Shown here one piece after another: positions 41,804 to 51,896 of a DNA stretch of 64,000 bases (the stretch's first letter is position 1; each line of letters starts with the position of its first letter). Source of the DNA: Polyangiales bacterium (lineage in GTDB: Bacteria > Myxococcota_A > Polyangia > Polyangiales > Ga0077539). A model generated the notes under the pieces. The model saw nothing but the letters and a program-made list of their open reading frames with translations. It was not told the origin of the DNA and did not search any database. The stretch is taken from NCBI GenBank assembly GCA_044229975.1, contig JBGARZ010000012.1:64001-128000 (forward strand). The letters are read 5' to 3'. The translations under genes were made by a program, and so were the position numbers.

Positions 41804-44344
41804 ATGTTCGCGATGTGGAGTCCCGACTCACGACGGCAGCGCGCGGGGGAGCTCAAGACCCTCGGCGATCGCATTACCCGCTACCGGCAGCTCACCGAGC
41901 GCTTCGCCACCTACTTCGCTCCTGACAGCGACCGCGCCCGCGAGCTCGCCGCGCTCCGCCACCGCTTCGAAGACCTCCAGGAGCGCGCCACCCACCGCCA
42001 GCGCCGCCTCGCCAAAGGCGTCGTGAAGATCGGCGTCGTCGGCCTGGAGAAGCAGGGCAAGTCCGCCTTCCTCTCGGCGTGGCTCCAGTGCGAGCGACTG
42101 CTCCCCTCCGAAGCCGAGCGCTGCACCTGGTCGACCACCGTCGTCGAGCCCGGCGCGGAGGGCACCTTCCAGGCGGTCGTCGAGTACTACGCGAAGGACG
42201 AGTTCCAGCAGCGCATCGCCAGCTACTTCGACGCGCTCGAACCCGGCAGCGCCGCCCGCTGGGAGGGACTCAACGCCAACGAGCTCGCCCGCCTGCGCGG
42301 CAGCTACCGCGCGCGCACCGGCCACGAGGTCGACGACCACGACCGCTCGTCACGCCGCGACGTCGCCGCGTGGGCCGAGCTGCAGGACATCGCGAGCGCC
42401 CTCGGCGCCATCAAGGAGCGCCTCAACCAGCCGCCGCAGACGCTCACCGCGCAGTCCCTCGACGAGCTCGCGGAGCTCATCCGCCCGTACATCGCGCTCA
42501 AGGACACGCGCGCCGGCAACCGCCCCTACGCGGGCGTTCGCGCGGTGAAGGTCGTCACCGTCATCATCCCCGTGCGCGGCGCCATGCCGGGCGTCGTGCT
42601 GATGGATCTCCCGGGCATCGACGCGCCCAGCGACAAGGCCCGTCGCGACACCGAAGAGGCGCTCGCGAGCGAGGTCGACGTCACCATCTTCGTGAAGGAC
42701 GTGACGCGCCCGTCGCTGGTGCAGCAGGAGCTCGAACTGCTCCGCGCGATGCAGCGGGCCGACCGCTCCATCAAGCTGCACGACCGCCTCTTCGTGGTGC
42801 TCACCAAGGTCGACCTCTTCGAGCGCCCCGACGAAAACGGCAACTGGCACTGGTCGCTCGCCGTGCGGAACTTCAAGGACCAGGCGATCGACCGGGTCTT
42901 CCCGTACAGCAAGGTGTGGGCGCACCAGGGCGTCGACGCGAAGCACCCCGTCGCGCGACAGGTGCAGGACTACTACAACCAGACCCAGCCCGTGAGCGGC
43001 CTGGAGCAGCTCCAGGGAGCGATCAGCCGCTACCTCTCCGACGAGCTGGAGAAGCTCGACGCCGACAGCGTCGGGGCCATCCGCAAGGAGTTCGGCGAGC
43101 TGGAGACTGCGCTGCGCGGATCGCTGGTGACGGTGAAGGAGACGCTCAACGAGCAGGAGTTCGAGCGCCGCAAGGAGCAGCTCTTCGACGAGCTGTGGGA
43201 GCACATCATCGCCGGGGAAGACGCGCGCGGATTGCTCCCGTCGATCAGGGCGAACCTCTCGCACTTCCTCGACCACGAGGTGAGCGACGGGCAGCGCGGT
43301 CAGCGGGCGGCGCGGGCGCAGACGCGCATCGGGGAGATTCGTCGCGACCTGCTCTCGCGGCTCACGCCCGAGGAGGCCGAGAGCAAGCGCCGCCAGATGC
43401 CCTCGCCGGGTCTGATGAACGAGAGCGCCGTCGAGATCGAGGTGCGCAAGCAGATGCGCGAGCGCTGCGCGGCGCGGGTGCTGGGCATGGGCGAGGACTT
43501 CCGCGACACGGCGCGCGAGAGCATCGAGCGCATGCTGGGGGAGATGTTCATTCGCGCGGAGTACCAGGGCGGGCGACTGGAGATGCTGCTACCGCCGGGC
43601 AACGCGCTGCTGGCGCGCATCGACGCGATGGGCCGCGCGGGTCACGTGAGCGAGAGCGTTCTGCGCTACCAGAACCGCGAGCTGGCCAAGGCCGACGTCG
43701 CCTTCGAGGTGCTGTCGCGGTACTTCGCCCGGCAGGTCATCGACATCCTCGATGCGACGGACCCGGCCGACCGCGAGCTGCGCGAGAAGGAGTTGCGGGG
43801 CCTGGAGCAGTTCTTCGGGATGGACATCGCCGACAAGGCGACGCGCAACGACCCGCTGGCCTCGGCCGCGTACGCCAACGCACCCGTGACGGGCACACCG
43901 ATGACGGCGCCTGTCTCGACGGGCTTCCCCACGCAGCCGGCCGAGATGAAGCCGACGCTCAAGGACCGCGTGATGGATCGCTTCGGCGCGAAGCCCGACG
44001 CCACGCCCACGGTGGCCGCGCGCCCGTCGACGCCGACCGCGCCACCGATTCCGCGCGACTGGTCGAAGATGCTCAACCGGGTTCGCACCGACGTGGAGCG
44101 CATCTGCAACTTCCTGGAGGCGCTCGCCAAGCACCAGCGGGGCTTGCAGAAGTACCACGAGGAGGCTGTTCGGACGGTGCACGACTCGTGGCTCGACCGC
44201 GAGGGTGAGCAGTCGCTGCGACGCTGGGCGAGAAGCGAGTGCTCGCGCATCTGGCCCGATCGCTTCATGGCGATTGATGGTGAGGCGAAGCGCGCGCGGG
44301 AGGATGTGCGCGCGCTGGAGGAGCTCTTCAGCGCTGGCGGGTGA
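41804..44344 (+). CDS. Bacterial dynamin-like GTPase (LeoA/HP0731-like)
   Basis: G1 GLEKQGKS, LLPSEAERCT (G2), DLPG (G3), TKVD (G4), long helical C-terminus; GGAGG RBS. Confidence 0.8.
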   Translation: MFAMWSPDSRRQRAGELKTLGDRITRYRQLTERFATYFAPDSDRARELAALRHRFEDLQERATHRQRRLAKGVVKIGVVGLEKQGKSAFLSAWLQCERLLPSEAERCTWSTTVVEPGAEGTFQAVVEYYAKDEFQQRIASYFDALEPGSAARWEGLNANELARLRGSYRARTGHEVDDHDRSSRRDVAAWAELQDIASALGAIKERLNQPPQTLTAQSLDELAELIRPYIALKDTRAGNRPYAGVRAVKVVTVIIPVRGAMPGVVLMDLPGIDAPSDKARRDTEEALASEVDVTIFVKDVTRPSLVQQELELLRAMQRADRSIKLHDRLFVVLTKVDLFERPDENGNWHWSLAVRNFKDQAIDRVFPYSKVWAHQGVDAKHPVARQVQDYYNQTQPVSGLEQLQGAISRYLSDELEKLDADSVGAIRKEFGELETALRGSLVTVKETLNEQEFERRKEQLFDELWEHIIAGEDARGLLPSIRANLSHFLDHEVSDGQRGQRAARAQTRIGEIRRDLLSRLTPEEAESKRRQMPSPGLMNESAVEIEVRKQMRERCAARVLGMGEDFRDTARESIERMLGEMFIRAEYQGGRLEMLLPPGNALLARIDAMGRAGHVSESVLRYQNRELAKADVAFEVLSRYFARQVIDILDATDPADRELREKELRGLEQFFGMDIADKATRNDPLASAAYANAPVTGTPMTAPVSTGFPTQPAEMKPTLKDRVMDRFGAKPDATPTVAARPSTPTAPPIPRDWSKMLNRVRTDVERICNFLEALAKHQRGLQKYHEEAVRTVHDSWLDREGEQSLRRWARSECSRIWPDRFMAIDGEAKRAREDVRALEELFSAGG

Positions 44345-44347
44345 CGA

Positions 44348-45721
44348 TCAGAGCCGCGACCACACGGCGCGCAGCACGCCGAGCCCGACGAACACCACGA
44401 AGATGATGATGCCGACGATGAGGCCGCCCTTGCCGCCCTTGGCGGGCTGCTGCATCCCCGGCTGCGGGTACGGCTGCATCCCGGGCTGACCGTAGCCACC
44501 CGGCTGCATCCCGGGCTGGCCGTAGCCGCCCTGCTGCATCCCCGGCTGCTGACCGAAGCCGCCCTGCGGCTGCATCCCCGGCTGCTGGCCGAAGCCACCC
44601 TGGGGCTGCATTCCCGGCTGCTGGCCATAGCCACCCTGCGGCTGCATCCCCGGCTGCTGACCGTAGGGTCCTTGCGGCGGCATCCCCGGAGCGCCCGGGC
44701 CACCCGGACCGCCCATCATGCCGCCGAGCCCGAAGGCCGACGCGTCGACGGCCAGCGTCGAGGCGATGCCACCCGGCTCGTTTTGCGGAAGCCCCGCGAA
44801 CATGTTGGGGCCCGGTCCGCCCTGCGGCGCTTGCGGACCCGGCTGACCGAAACCACCACCACCCTGCGGCGCTTGCGGACCAGGCTGACCGAAACCACCA
44901 CCACCCTGCGGCGGTTGCGGACCCGGCTGACCGAAGCCGCCCGGTGAGGGACCTCCCGGGATGCCCAGCCCGAAGGCCGACGCGTCCATCGCCATGGTGG
45001 CCGACGACCCCGGCGGCGACTGCTGTGGCTGCTGTGGCTGTTGTGCTTGAAACGACTGCTGCGGCTGCTGCGTGGGCTGCGCTGGCGCGGGAGCCTGCGC
45101 TTGAAAGGGCTGCTGCGGCGTCGGCTGCGACGAGCCCTGGTGCATCTGCGGCGACGGCTTGCCGAAGCCGATGGGACCGCCCGGACCGGGCCCCTGGTGC
45201 TGATCGAGACCGAAGGACGAGCCGTCGACGGCGATGGTCGACGCGATGCCCATCTCCTCTTCCGACGTCGGGTTTTCCGGCTGCGGGGTCGGAGCGGGCG
45301 CAGGAACCGCACCCATCGGACGCGGCGCAAACCCCGGCGACGCACCGGGTGCGGGAAACGGCGACGCGCTGGGAGCGCCGTGCGGCGATGGCAGCCCGAA
45401 GGACGCCGCGTCCATGGCGATGGTGCGCGCGGCCTCGACCTGCTGGCCCTCGTGACCGCCGCCCATCGTGGGCCCCTGACCACCCTGGTCGATGGAGGCC
45501 ATGCCCCCGAGCATCGTGCGCGCGAACTGACCGCCGCCCTTCCCCGCCGCAGGCGGCGCCGAGCCGCGACCGGTCACCGACGGCGTCGGCTCGTTGGTCA
45601 TCAGCATCGTTCCCTTGAACTTCGCCTGCGGCTTCGGCCCGGTGGCCTGGAGCATGTGCCCGCAGGTCGTGCACTTCGGGGTACCGTCAGGATTCTGCGC
45701 GCCACAGTTCGGACAGAACAT
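44348..45721 (-). CDS. Zinc-ribbon protein with Pro/Gly/Gln-rich repeats and C-terminal membrane anchor
   Basis: MFCPNCG...[15 protein letters not shown](Y/F)G and [10 protein letters not shown] repeats; terminal TM. Confidence 0.85.
   Translation of the reverse strand: MFCPNCGAQNPDGTPKCTTCGHMLQATGPKPQAKFKGTMLMTNEPTPSVTGRGSAPPAAGKGGGQFARTMLGGMASIDQGGQGPTMGGGHEGQQVEAARTIAMDAASFGLPSPHGAPSASPFPAPGASPGFAPRPMGAVPAPAPTPQPENPTSEEEMGIASTIAVDGSSFGLDQHQGPGPGGPIGFGKPSPQMHQGSSQPTPQQPFQAQAPAPAQPTQQPQQSFQAQQPQQPQQSPPGSSATMAMDASAFGLGIPGGPSPGGFGQPGPQPPQGGGGFGQPGPQAPQGGGGFGQPGPQAPQGGPGPNMFAGLPQNEPGGIASTLAVDASAFGLGGMMGGPGGPGAPGMPPQGPYGQQPGMQPQGGYGQQPGMQPQGGFGQQPGMQPQGGFGQQPGMQQGGYGQPGMQPGGYGQPGMQPYPQPGMQQPAKGGKGGLIVGIIIFVVFVGLGVLRAVWSRL
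44449..44945 (-). repeat. Coding tandem repeats (about 36-bp and 42-bp units)
   Basis: Recurring GCTGCATCCCCGGCTGCTG.CC units and CGGACCCGGCTGACCGAAACCACCACCACCCTGCGGCG units. Confidence 0.8.
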
Positions 45722-45876
45722 TCAAACACCTCCAACGGGTCGTCGCGCGCTGCGCGATCGCCGGTGGCGCACGCTATCCCGTCCTCCCCCCGAACGCTAC
45801 CAAACCGGCGACCGTCGAAGCCCTCGCGCTGGCCGGTTGCTTCACCCGTCGGCCCGCTCGACGTAGTCGTACCCGC

Positions 45877-46581
45877 ATGGCCGCACGAACCACCGCCGCA
45901 CCTGCCTTCGAGGGCTTCGCCGACCCCACCCTGCGCTTCTTCCACGAGCTCGACGCCCACCAAGACCGCGCGTGGTTTCTCGAACACAAGCGCGAGTACG
46001 ACGAGCAGTGGGCCGCGCCCATGGCGGCCCTCCTCGCGGCAGTGAAGCCGCGCATTGCACGCTTCTACAAAGGGCTCCCGCTGCGCGATCCGAAGGTGTT
46101 TCGCCTCCAGCGCGACGTGCGCTTCTCCTTGGACAAGAGCCCCTACAAGACCCATGTCAGCGGCCTGCTCGCGCTGCGCGGCGGCGGCGAAAACGTCGAG
46201 GCACCGGCCGCCCTCTACGCGCAGCTCGGCACCGAGACCTTCTTCGGCGCGGGCTCCTACTCGATGTCCGGCCCCACCTTGAAGGCGTGGCGCGAGACCC
46301 TCCTCGACGCGCGCCGCGGCGCCGCCCTCGGTCGCCTCGTCGACGACCTCGTCACGCGCGGCTACGACCTCTCGGCGATGGAGTCGCTCAAGACCGCGCC
46401 GCGCGGCGTCGACCCCGAGCACCCGCGCATCAACCTCCTCAAGCGGAAGGGCCTCGCGCTCGGTTTCCCGACGCTGCCGAAGGGTCTGCTCGCGTCGCCC
46501 GACCTCGCCGACTGGCTCGTCGAGCGCGCGGGTGAGTGCGCGCCGGTGGTGCAGAAGCTCGCCCGCCTGCTCGACGGTTGA
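45877..46581 (+). CDS. DUF2461 family protein
   Basis: FFHEL..HQDRAWF..HK, FRLQRDVRFSLDKSPYKT, LKTAPRG...HP. Confidence 0.9.
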   Translation: MAARTTAAPAFEGFADPTLRFFHELDAHQDRAWFLEHKREYDEQWAAPMAALLAAVKPRIARFYKGLPLRDPKVFRLQRDVRFSLDKSPYKTHVSGLLALRGGGENVEAPAALYAQLGTETFFGAGSYSMSGPTLKAWRETLLDARRGAALGRLVDDLVTRGYDLSAMESLKTAPRGVDPEHPRINLLKRKGLALGFPTLPKGLLASPDLADWLVERAGECAPVVQKLARLLDG

Positions 46582-46619
46582 GAGGGCCATCGCGTGCGTG
46601 ATACCCGCAGGTCGACGCA

Positions 46620-49310
46620 GTGAAGCTGGTCGCCGCCTACAACCTCTTCCACTCCCCGCCCCTCGTCGTGATGCCGAAGTCCGCCCGGCACCCGCTCGGG
46701 GTCGTTCAGGCGACGGACTTCTACTGTCCACTGCCCACCTGCCACTGCCGCAACGTGCTGTTCGTCGTCCGCGCCGCCGCCGATCCGACGCGACAGCTCG
46801 CCGCCATCTTCCACGCCTTCGATACGGCCAGCCGACACCCACGCCTCGGCGCCACCTGGCTCTCCGACGAACACTCCCAGAGCCCCAACGCCGCCCAATG
46901 GATCGAGCCCGTCTCCGCGCTCGTCGCCCAGCGCGCCGAGGTCGCCATCTTCGAAGAGCGCTACCTCGCCGTGAAGGCCGCGGCCCTCGACCCGGCCCAC
47001 TACGCCCATGTGTTCGTTCGCGAGGCCGCCGACCTCTCCCCGCTGCCACCCGCGGCGCCGCCCCCGACGAAGACGGTCCGCGGTCGCACCGTCGCGCTCA
47101 CCCGCACCGAGTTGATCGCCCGTCTCGCGGCCCCGCTGCCGGCGCTGCGTCACGCCCAGGAGCGCCTCTCGGGCGCCGAGCTCGCGGTCGTGGCCATGGC
47201 CCTCGGCGACACCCAGCAGGTGACCGTCGCGGAGGTCGTCTCGCTCCTGCTCGCGCACGGCCTCGCCGAGCGCAACGTCCGCAAGCTCACCCAGCGCATC
47301 GCGCAGTCCGCGCGCGACGTCGGCTGGTTCGCCCGACCGGACGACGAGACCCTGCGGCGCCTGCCTGACGCCCTGCTCGAAGACCACCTCCGCGCCATCC
47401 GACAACGACCCGACATCGCCGCGGCGCTCGTGGCCCACGCCCCGCCGCCGACCCCGACCCCCGCGAAGACCGCGCCCGCGAAGCCCACCAGGACCGCGCC
47501 CGCCAAGCCCACCAAGACCGCTGAACCGCATGTTCTTCCGCCACCACCCGCGGCCCCGCCGCCGTCGACCTTCGAGCCCGCCCCGCGCGCCATGCCCACG
47601 CTCGATGCCGCGTCGCTCACCGCGCTCGTGGTCTCCCCGGCCGCGACCGCGGCCGACGTTCGCCTGAGCCTCGACGCGTGGCGGCTCTCCTCGGCGGCGC
47701 AGTTCGACGAGCTCCTCGCCCTCGCGTCGATGCGGGACATCACCCCGCACCGCTACCAGACGGAGACCGTGCGCCGGGTGCTGCGCGTGCTGCGGGGTCG
47801 CGGCATCCTCGCCGACGAGGTGGGCCTCGGGAAGACCGTCGAGGCCATGATGGTGCTGCGCGAATACCAGGTGCGCGGCATGGCGCGGCGGACGCTCATC
47901 CTGGTTCCGCCGTCGCTCGTGGCGCAGTGGGAGGGCGAGCTCGCGCAGAAGGCGGGGGTGTTCGCGCGCACCACCGACGACCCGGCGATGCGGGAGTCGC
48001 CCGACGCCTTCTGGGGTGGGCCCGGCGTGGTGGTGGCCTCGCTGGCCCTCGCCCGCGGCGCGCGCCACGCCGAGCTGGTGCAGGCGAAGCCCTGGGACAT
48101 GGTGATCGTCGACGAGGCCCACCACATCAAGAACCGCGCGACCCTCGGTTGGAAGCTCATCAACGCGCTCCAGCGGAGGTTTCTCCTCCTGGTCACGGCG
48201 ACCCCCGTCGAGAACGACCTCGAAGAGATCTACAACCTCGTGACGCTGCTGCGCCCGGGGCAGTTCGACACGCCGGCGGCCTTCCGTCGGCGCTTCGTCG
48301 ACCCGAAGGACCCGACCCGCCCGCGCGACCGCGAGGCCCTCCGCGCGCTGCTCGCCGAGGTGATGGTGCGCAACACCCGCGCCCAGTCGGGCCTCGCGCT
48401 GCCGCCGCGCTTCGTCTCCACGGTGACCGTGGACCCCTCCCCCGCCGAGCGGGAGCTCTACGCCTCGGTGCTGGCCTTCGTGCGCGCGCACCACGACGAC
48501 CCCTCGCTGCGCCTCGCGGCGACCTCACTGTTGTTGGAAGCCGGATCGAGCCCGCGGGCGGTGTACGCCACGCTCCAGAAGATGCAGACGCGGCGCACCG
48601 GGAAGGCCGAGGCCGGCGCGCGGCGCGAGCTCGACGCCCTCGCCGAGCAGGCCGCGAAGGTGGAGGGCACCCGCAAGACCGAGGCGCTGCTCCAGGTGCT
48701 GGCGACGCAGCGCGACCCGGTGCTGGTGTTCACGCGCTTTCGCGAGACCCTCGACGAGGTGGTGGCGCGGGTGGCGAAGGCGGGCGTCGCGGCGGTGGCC
48801 TTCCACGGCGGGCTCGACGAGCGGGCTCGACGACAAGCGCTGGAGCGCTTTCGCGAGGGCGGGGCCGTGGTGATGGTGGCGACGGCGACGGGCAGCGAGG
48901 GGCACAACCTCCAGCACTGCAACGTGCTCGTGAACTTCGACCTCCCGTGGAACCCCATGGCCATCGAGCAGCGCATCGGCCGCCTGCATCGCATGGGGCA
49001 GACCCGCGAGGTGCACGTCTACAACCTGTGCGCGAAGGGCACCATCGAGGAGCGCGTGCTCGACGTGCTCGACCGCCGGGTGCAGTTGTTTCAGCTCGTG
49101 GTGGGGGAGATGGACATGGTGCTCGGCAACATGGCCGACGACCGCGACCTGGAGGACGGCCTCGTGGCCGCCGTGGCGAAGGCGCAGAGCGACGACGAGG
49201 TCGACGAGGTGTTCGATCAGCTCGCGCGCGACCTGCTCGCGGCCCGCGGGCGCTACGAGAAGACCCGCGCCCTCGACGAGGCCCTCTTCGGCAAGGACTT
49301 CGAGGCGTGA
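46620..49310 (+). CDS. SNF2-family helicase (YqhH-like) with extra N-terminal Cys-motif domain
   Basis: ILADEVGLGKT, DEAHH, TATP, EGHNLQ, DLPWNPMAIEQRIGRLHRMGQ. Confidence 0.9.
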   Translation: MKLVAAYNLFHSPPLVVMPKSARHPLGVVQATDFYCPLPTCHCRNVLFVVRAAADPTRQLAAIFHAFDTASRHPRLGATWLSDEHSQSPNAAQWIEPVSALVAQRAEVAIFEERYLAVKAAALDPAHYAHVFVREAADLSPLPPAAPPPTKTVRGRTVALTRTELIARLAAPLPALRHAQERLSGAELAVVAMALGDTQQVTVAEVVSLLLAHGLAERNVRKLTQRIAQSARDVGWFARPDDETLRRLPDALLEDHLRAIRQRPDIAAALVAHAPPPTPTPAKTAPAKPTRTAPAKPTKTAEPHVLPPPPAAPPPSTFEPAPRAMPTLDAASLTALVVSPAATAADVRLSLDAWRLSSAAQFDELLALASMRDITPHRYQTETVRRVLRVLRGRGILADEVGLGKTVEAMMVLREYQVRGMARRTLILVPPSLVAQWEGELAQKAGVFARTTDDPAMRESPDAFWGGPGVVVASLALARGARHAELVQAKPWDMVIVDEAHHIKNRATLGWKLINALQRRFLLLVTATPVENDLEEIYNLVTLLRPGQFDTPAAFRRRFVDPKDPTRPRDREALRALLAEVMVRNTRAQSGLALPPRFVSTVTVDPSPAERELYASVLAFVRAHHDDPSLRLAATSLLLEAGSSPRAVYATLQKMQTRRTGKAEAGARRELDALAEQAAKVEGTRKTEALLQVLATQRDPVLVFTRFRETLDEVVARVAKAGVAAVAFHGGLDERARRQALERFREGGAVVMVATATGSEGHNLQHCNVLVNFDLPWNPMAIEQRIGRLHRMGQTREVHVYNLCAKGTIEERVLDVLDRRVQLFQLVVGEMDMVLGNMADDRDLEDGLVAAVAKAQSDDEVDEVFDQLARDLLAARGRYEKTRALDEALFGKDFEA

Positions 49311-50368
49311 GCGAGCTCCCCGACCCGCTGCTGTTCGCCGCCCGCGCCCTCACCGCCCGCGGCGCGCTCGTCGAGCTCCACGAGGGCGACGCGGTGGCGC
49401 TGCTCCCCCCGGCGCTCGGCCGCGCGCTCCACGCGCCCGAAGAGCTCACCCTCGCGACGCACCCCGCCGACGGCTCCGCCGCCGTGGCCTGCGGCATCGG
49501 CTCTCCCCTGCTCGAACGCCTCAGCGCCGACGCCCGCCACGCCGCGCCCTGGGCCGTGGTCGCGCCCGCGCTCGACGCCCCGAAGGCCGCGCAGGCGACG
49601 GCCCTCGCGGCGCGGATGGTGGTGCGCAACGGGCTGCTCGACGTGCTCGACGCGGCGGTGGTCACTGCCCTCTACGCGCGGGTCACGCTGGCCTGGGCGG
49701 TGGAGGCCGACGACCGCTACGAGGGGCTGCTCGCGGTGGAGCTGGGCCCGAGCCGGGGTGAGCCCGTGGGGCTGCGTTCGCTGCTCGACGTGACGTCGCG
49801 CGACGACGATCTCCCGCCCGGCCGAGCCGACGCCGCGGACGTGACGAGCCTGCTCGACCCGCTGCCAGGGAGGGCAGCCCGCGCGCTCGCCGCGGCCGCC
49901 GGAGAGGCGCTGGCGTCCGTCGAGCGCCGCCACGCGCGCGACCACGAGCGCATGACCGAGTACTACCGGGGGATGATGGCGGAGCTGGGCGCCGGCCGCC
50001 GCAAGGTCGACCCGGCGACGCTGGCCTCCCGCTCGGCCGCGGTGGTGGCCGACCGCGACGCGCGCCTGCGCGACCTGATGGTGCGCTACACCCCGAAGGT
50101 GACCATGGCCCCCGCCGCGCTGCTGGTGGCGTCGGTGCCCGCGGTGCGCGTGCGCGTGCGGCTGCGGCGCCGGAAGCTCGACCGCGAGCTGCGGGTGACG
50201 CTGCCCGCGACGGCGACGGCGCTCGACCTGCTGGCCTGCGACGGCTGCGACGACGTGACGGCGCGCCCCGCGCTCTGCGACGACCGACTGCACGCGCTTT
50301 GCGAGCGGTGCGCCCCACAGGCGCAGGGGCGCTTTGCGTGCTCGGCCTGCGCTCGCCCGAAGCGGTAG
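49307..50368 (+). CDS. YqhG-like partner protein with C-terminal multi-Cys zinc finger
   Basis: GTG start overlaps the helicase stop (GTGA); ERMTEYY coiled region; CDGC..C..H..C..C..CSAC. Confidence 0.7.
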   Translation: MSELPDPLLFAARALTARGALVELHEGDAVALLPPALGRALHAPEELTLATHPADGSAAVACGIGSPLLERLSADARHAAPWAVVAPALDAPKAAQATALAARMVVRNGLLDVLDAAVVTALYARVTLAWAVEADDRYEGLLAVELGPSRGEPVGLRSLLDVTSRDDDLPPGRADAADVTSLLDPLPGRAARALAAAAGEALASVERRHARDHERMTEYYRGMMAELGAGRRKVDPATLASRSAAVVADRDARLRDLMVRYTPKVTMAPAALLVASVPAVRVRVRLRRRKLDRELRVTLPATATALDLLACDGCDDVTARPALCDDRLHALCERCAPQAQGRFACSACARPKR

Positions 50369-50479
50369 GCTGGACACCGCCCGGCGCGTGGTGTACCTCC
50401 CCGCGCCTTCATCCGTCGCGGTGTACGACTCAGCCCTTTCGCGAGAACAGCCACCGCAATCCAAGACAGGAGCCTCATC

Positions 50480-50698
50480 ATGCAGCTCGACATCCAGCCC
50501 AACTACCCGATCACCACCATCACCTGCGCCTGCGGCAACGTCGTGGAGACCCGCTCCACCCGCGGAAGCTTCAGCACGGACATCTGCGCGATGTGCCACC
50601 CGTTCTACACGGGCAAGCAGAAGGTCATGGACACCGCCGGCCGCGTCGACCGCTTCCGCAAGCGCTACGCCGCTACCGCCCCCAAGGGCTCGAAGTAG
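50480..50698 (+). CDS. rpmE: 50S ribosomal protein L31 (Zn-binding form)
   Basis: [38 protein letters not shown]. Confidence 0.97.
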   Translation: MQLDIQPNYPITTITCACGNVVETRSTRGSFSTDICAMCHPFYTGKQKVMDTAGRVDRFRKRYAATAPKGSK

Positions 50699-50803
50699 CC
50701 TCCGCCTTCCCCCTCCCTCCGCCTCCTCTCCTCTTCTCTCCTCCCCACCGTCGTAGCGGCCGTTGAACACTCCCTTCGGAGTGCTCGTGCTACGGTCCCC
50801 CCG

Positions 50804-51820
50804 ATGTCATCAGAACAAGCCGTTTGCCCGCCCAAGCAGGTCGGTGGTCAGGCCGTCATCGAGGGCGTGATGATGCGCTCGCCCCGCTGCCTCACCGTCG
50901 CCGTCCGCCGGAAGAACAACGAGATCGTCGTGCGTGAGCAGCCGTGGAAGCCGGTCTTCCCGCCCGCGCTCATGAAGATCCCCTTCGTGCGCGGCGCGCT
51001 GGTGCTCATCGAGTCGATGCAAAACGGCTACGCCGCCCTCCACTTCAGCGCCTCGCAGTACGAGCAGGACCTCCCCGAAGACCAGCGCCCCACCCAGGAG
51101 GAGGGATCGTCGAGCGCGTCGCGCCTCGGCATGGTCCTCTCGGTCGGCATCATGGTCGCGCTGCCGAAGCTCTTCGCGTGGGGAGCGGGCCACCTCTTCG
51201 GCGGTGGGCTCTCGATGGCGAGCCCGTGGTTTCACGTTCTCGCGGGCTTCTTCAAGCTCAGCCTCGTCGTCGGCATGATGCTGTTGATGCGACGAAACGC
51301 CGAGATGTACCGCGTGTTTCAGTATCACGGCGCCGAGCACAAGGCGATCGCCGTCCACGAGGCGGGGCTGCCGCTGTCGGTGGAGAGCTCGAAGCAGTTC
51401 AACACCCGCCACGCGCGCTGCGGGACGACCTTCCTCATGGTCGTGGTGATGGTCTCCGTCGCCGTCTTCGCGCTGGTGTTGCCGCAGGTGCTCCCGCACT
51501 CGTCGGGCTTCTGGACCATGCTCGCGTCCATCCCCATCAGCATCGCGCTGATGTTTCCCATCGGCGGCATCGCGTACGAGCTTCAGCGCTTCCTCGCGCG
51601 CTTCGTCGACCACCCCGTCGCGCAGATCCTCCTTGGGCCCGGTTACCTCGTGCAGCGCATCACCACCGCCGAGCCCACCGACGACCAGGTCGAGATCGCC
51701 CTCGTCGCGCTCCGCCAGGCCCTCGCCAACGAGGCCGCCGCTCCCGCTCCCGCGCTCGTCGAGCCGACCGTTCGCACCTTCCCCTCCTTCGCGGCCTTCG
51801 CGACGGAGCAGGGCCTCTAG
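50804..51820 (+). CDS. DUF1385 family membrane protein
   Basis: GGQAVIEGVMMR, VFQYHGAEHK, HARCGTTF, QRITTAEP; usual position between rpmE and prfA. Confidence 0.92.
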   Translation: MSSEQAVCPPKQVGGQAVIEGVMMRSPRCLTVAVRRKNNEIVVREQPWKPVFPPALMKIPFVRGALVLIESMQNGYAALHFSASQYEQDLPEDQRPTQEEGSSSASRLGMVLSVGIMVALPKLFAWGAGHLFGGGLSMASPWFHVLAGFFKLSLVVGMMLLMRRNAEMYRVFQYHGAEHKAIAVHEAGLPLSVESSKQFNTRHARCGTTFLMVVVMVSVAVFALVLPQVLPHSSGFWTMLASIPISIALMFPIGGIAYELQRFLARFVDHPVAQILLGPGYLVQRITTAEPTDDQVEIALVALRQALANEAAAPAPALVEPTVRTFPSFAAFATEQGL

Positions 51821-51896
51821 CGACCGCCGTCGTCCCGCCGCCTTCTTCGTTCCCCCTCGACATCACCGCTGCCTCCCCACTACGACGGGCCCCCGC

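Noticed and set aside
44449..44945. CRISPR-like periodicity
   Set aside because: The repeats are in-frame coding units with no unique spacers, and there are no cas genes.
50765..50786. CIRCE-like inverted repeat GAACACTC-N6-GAGTGCTC
   Set aside because: Spacer is 6 rather than 9 nt and the outer bases mismatch; more likely a simple hairpin after rpmE.
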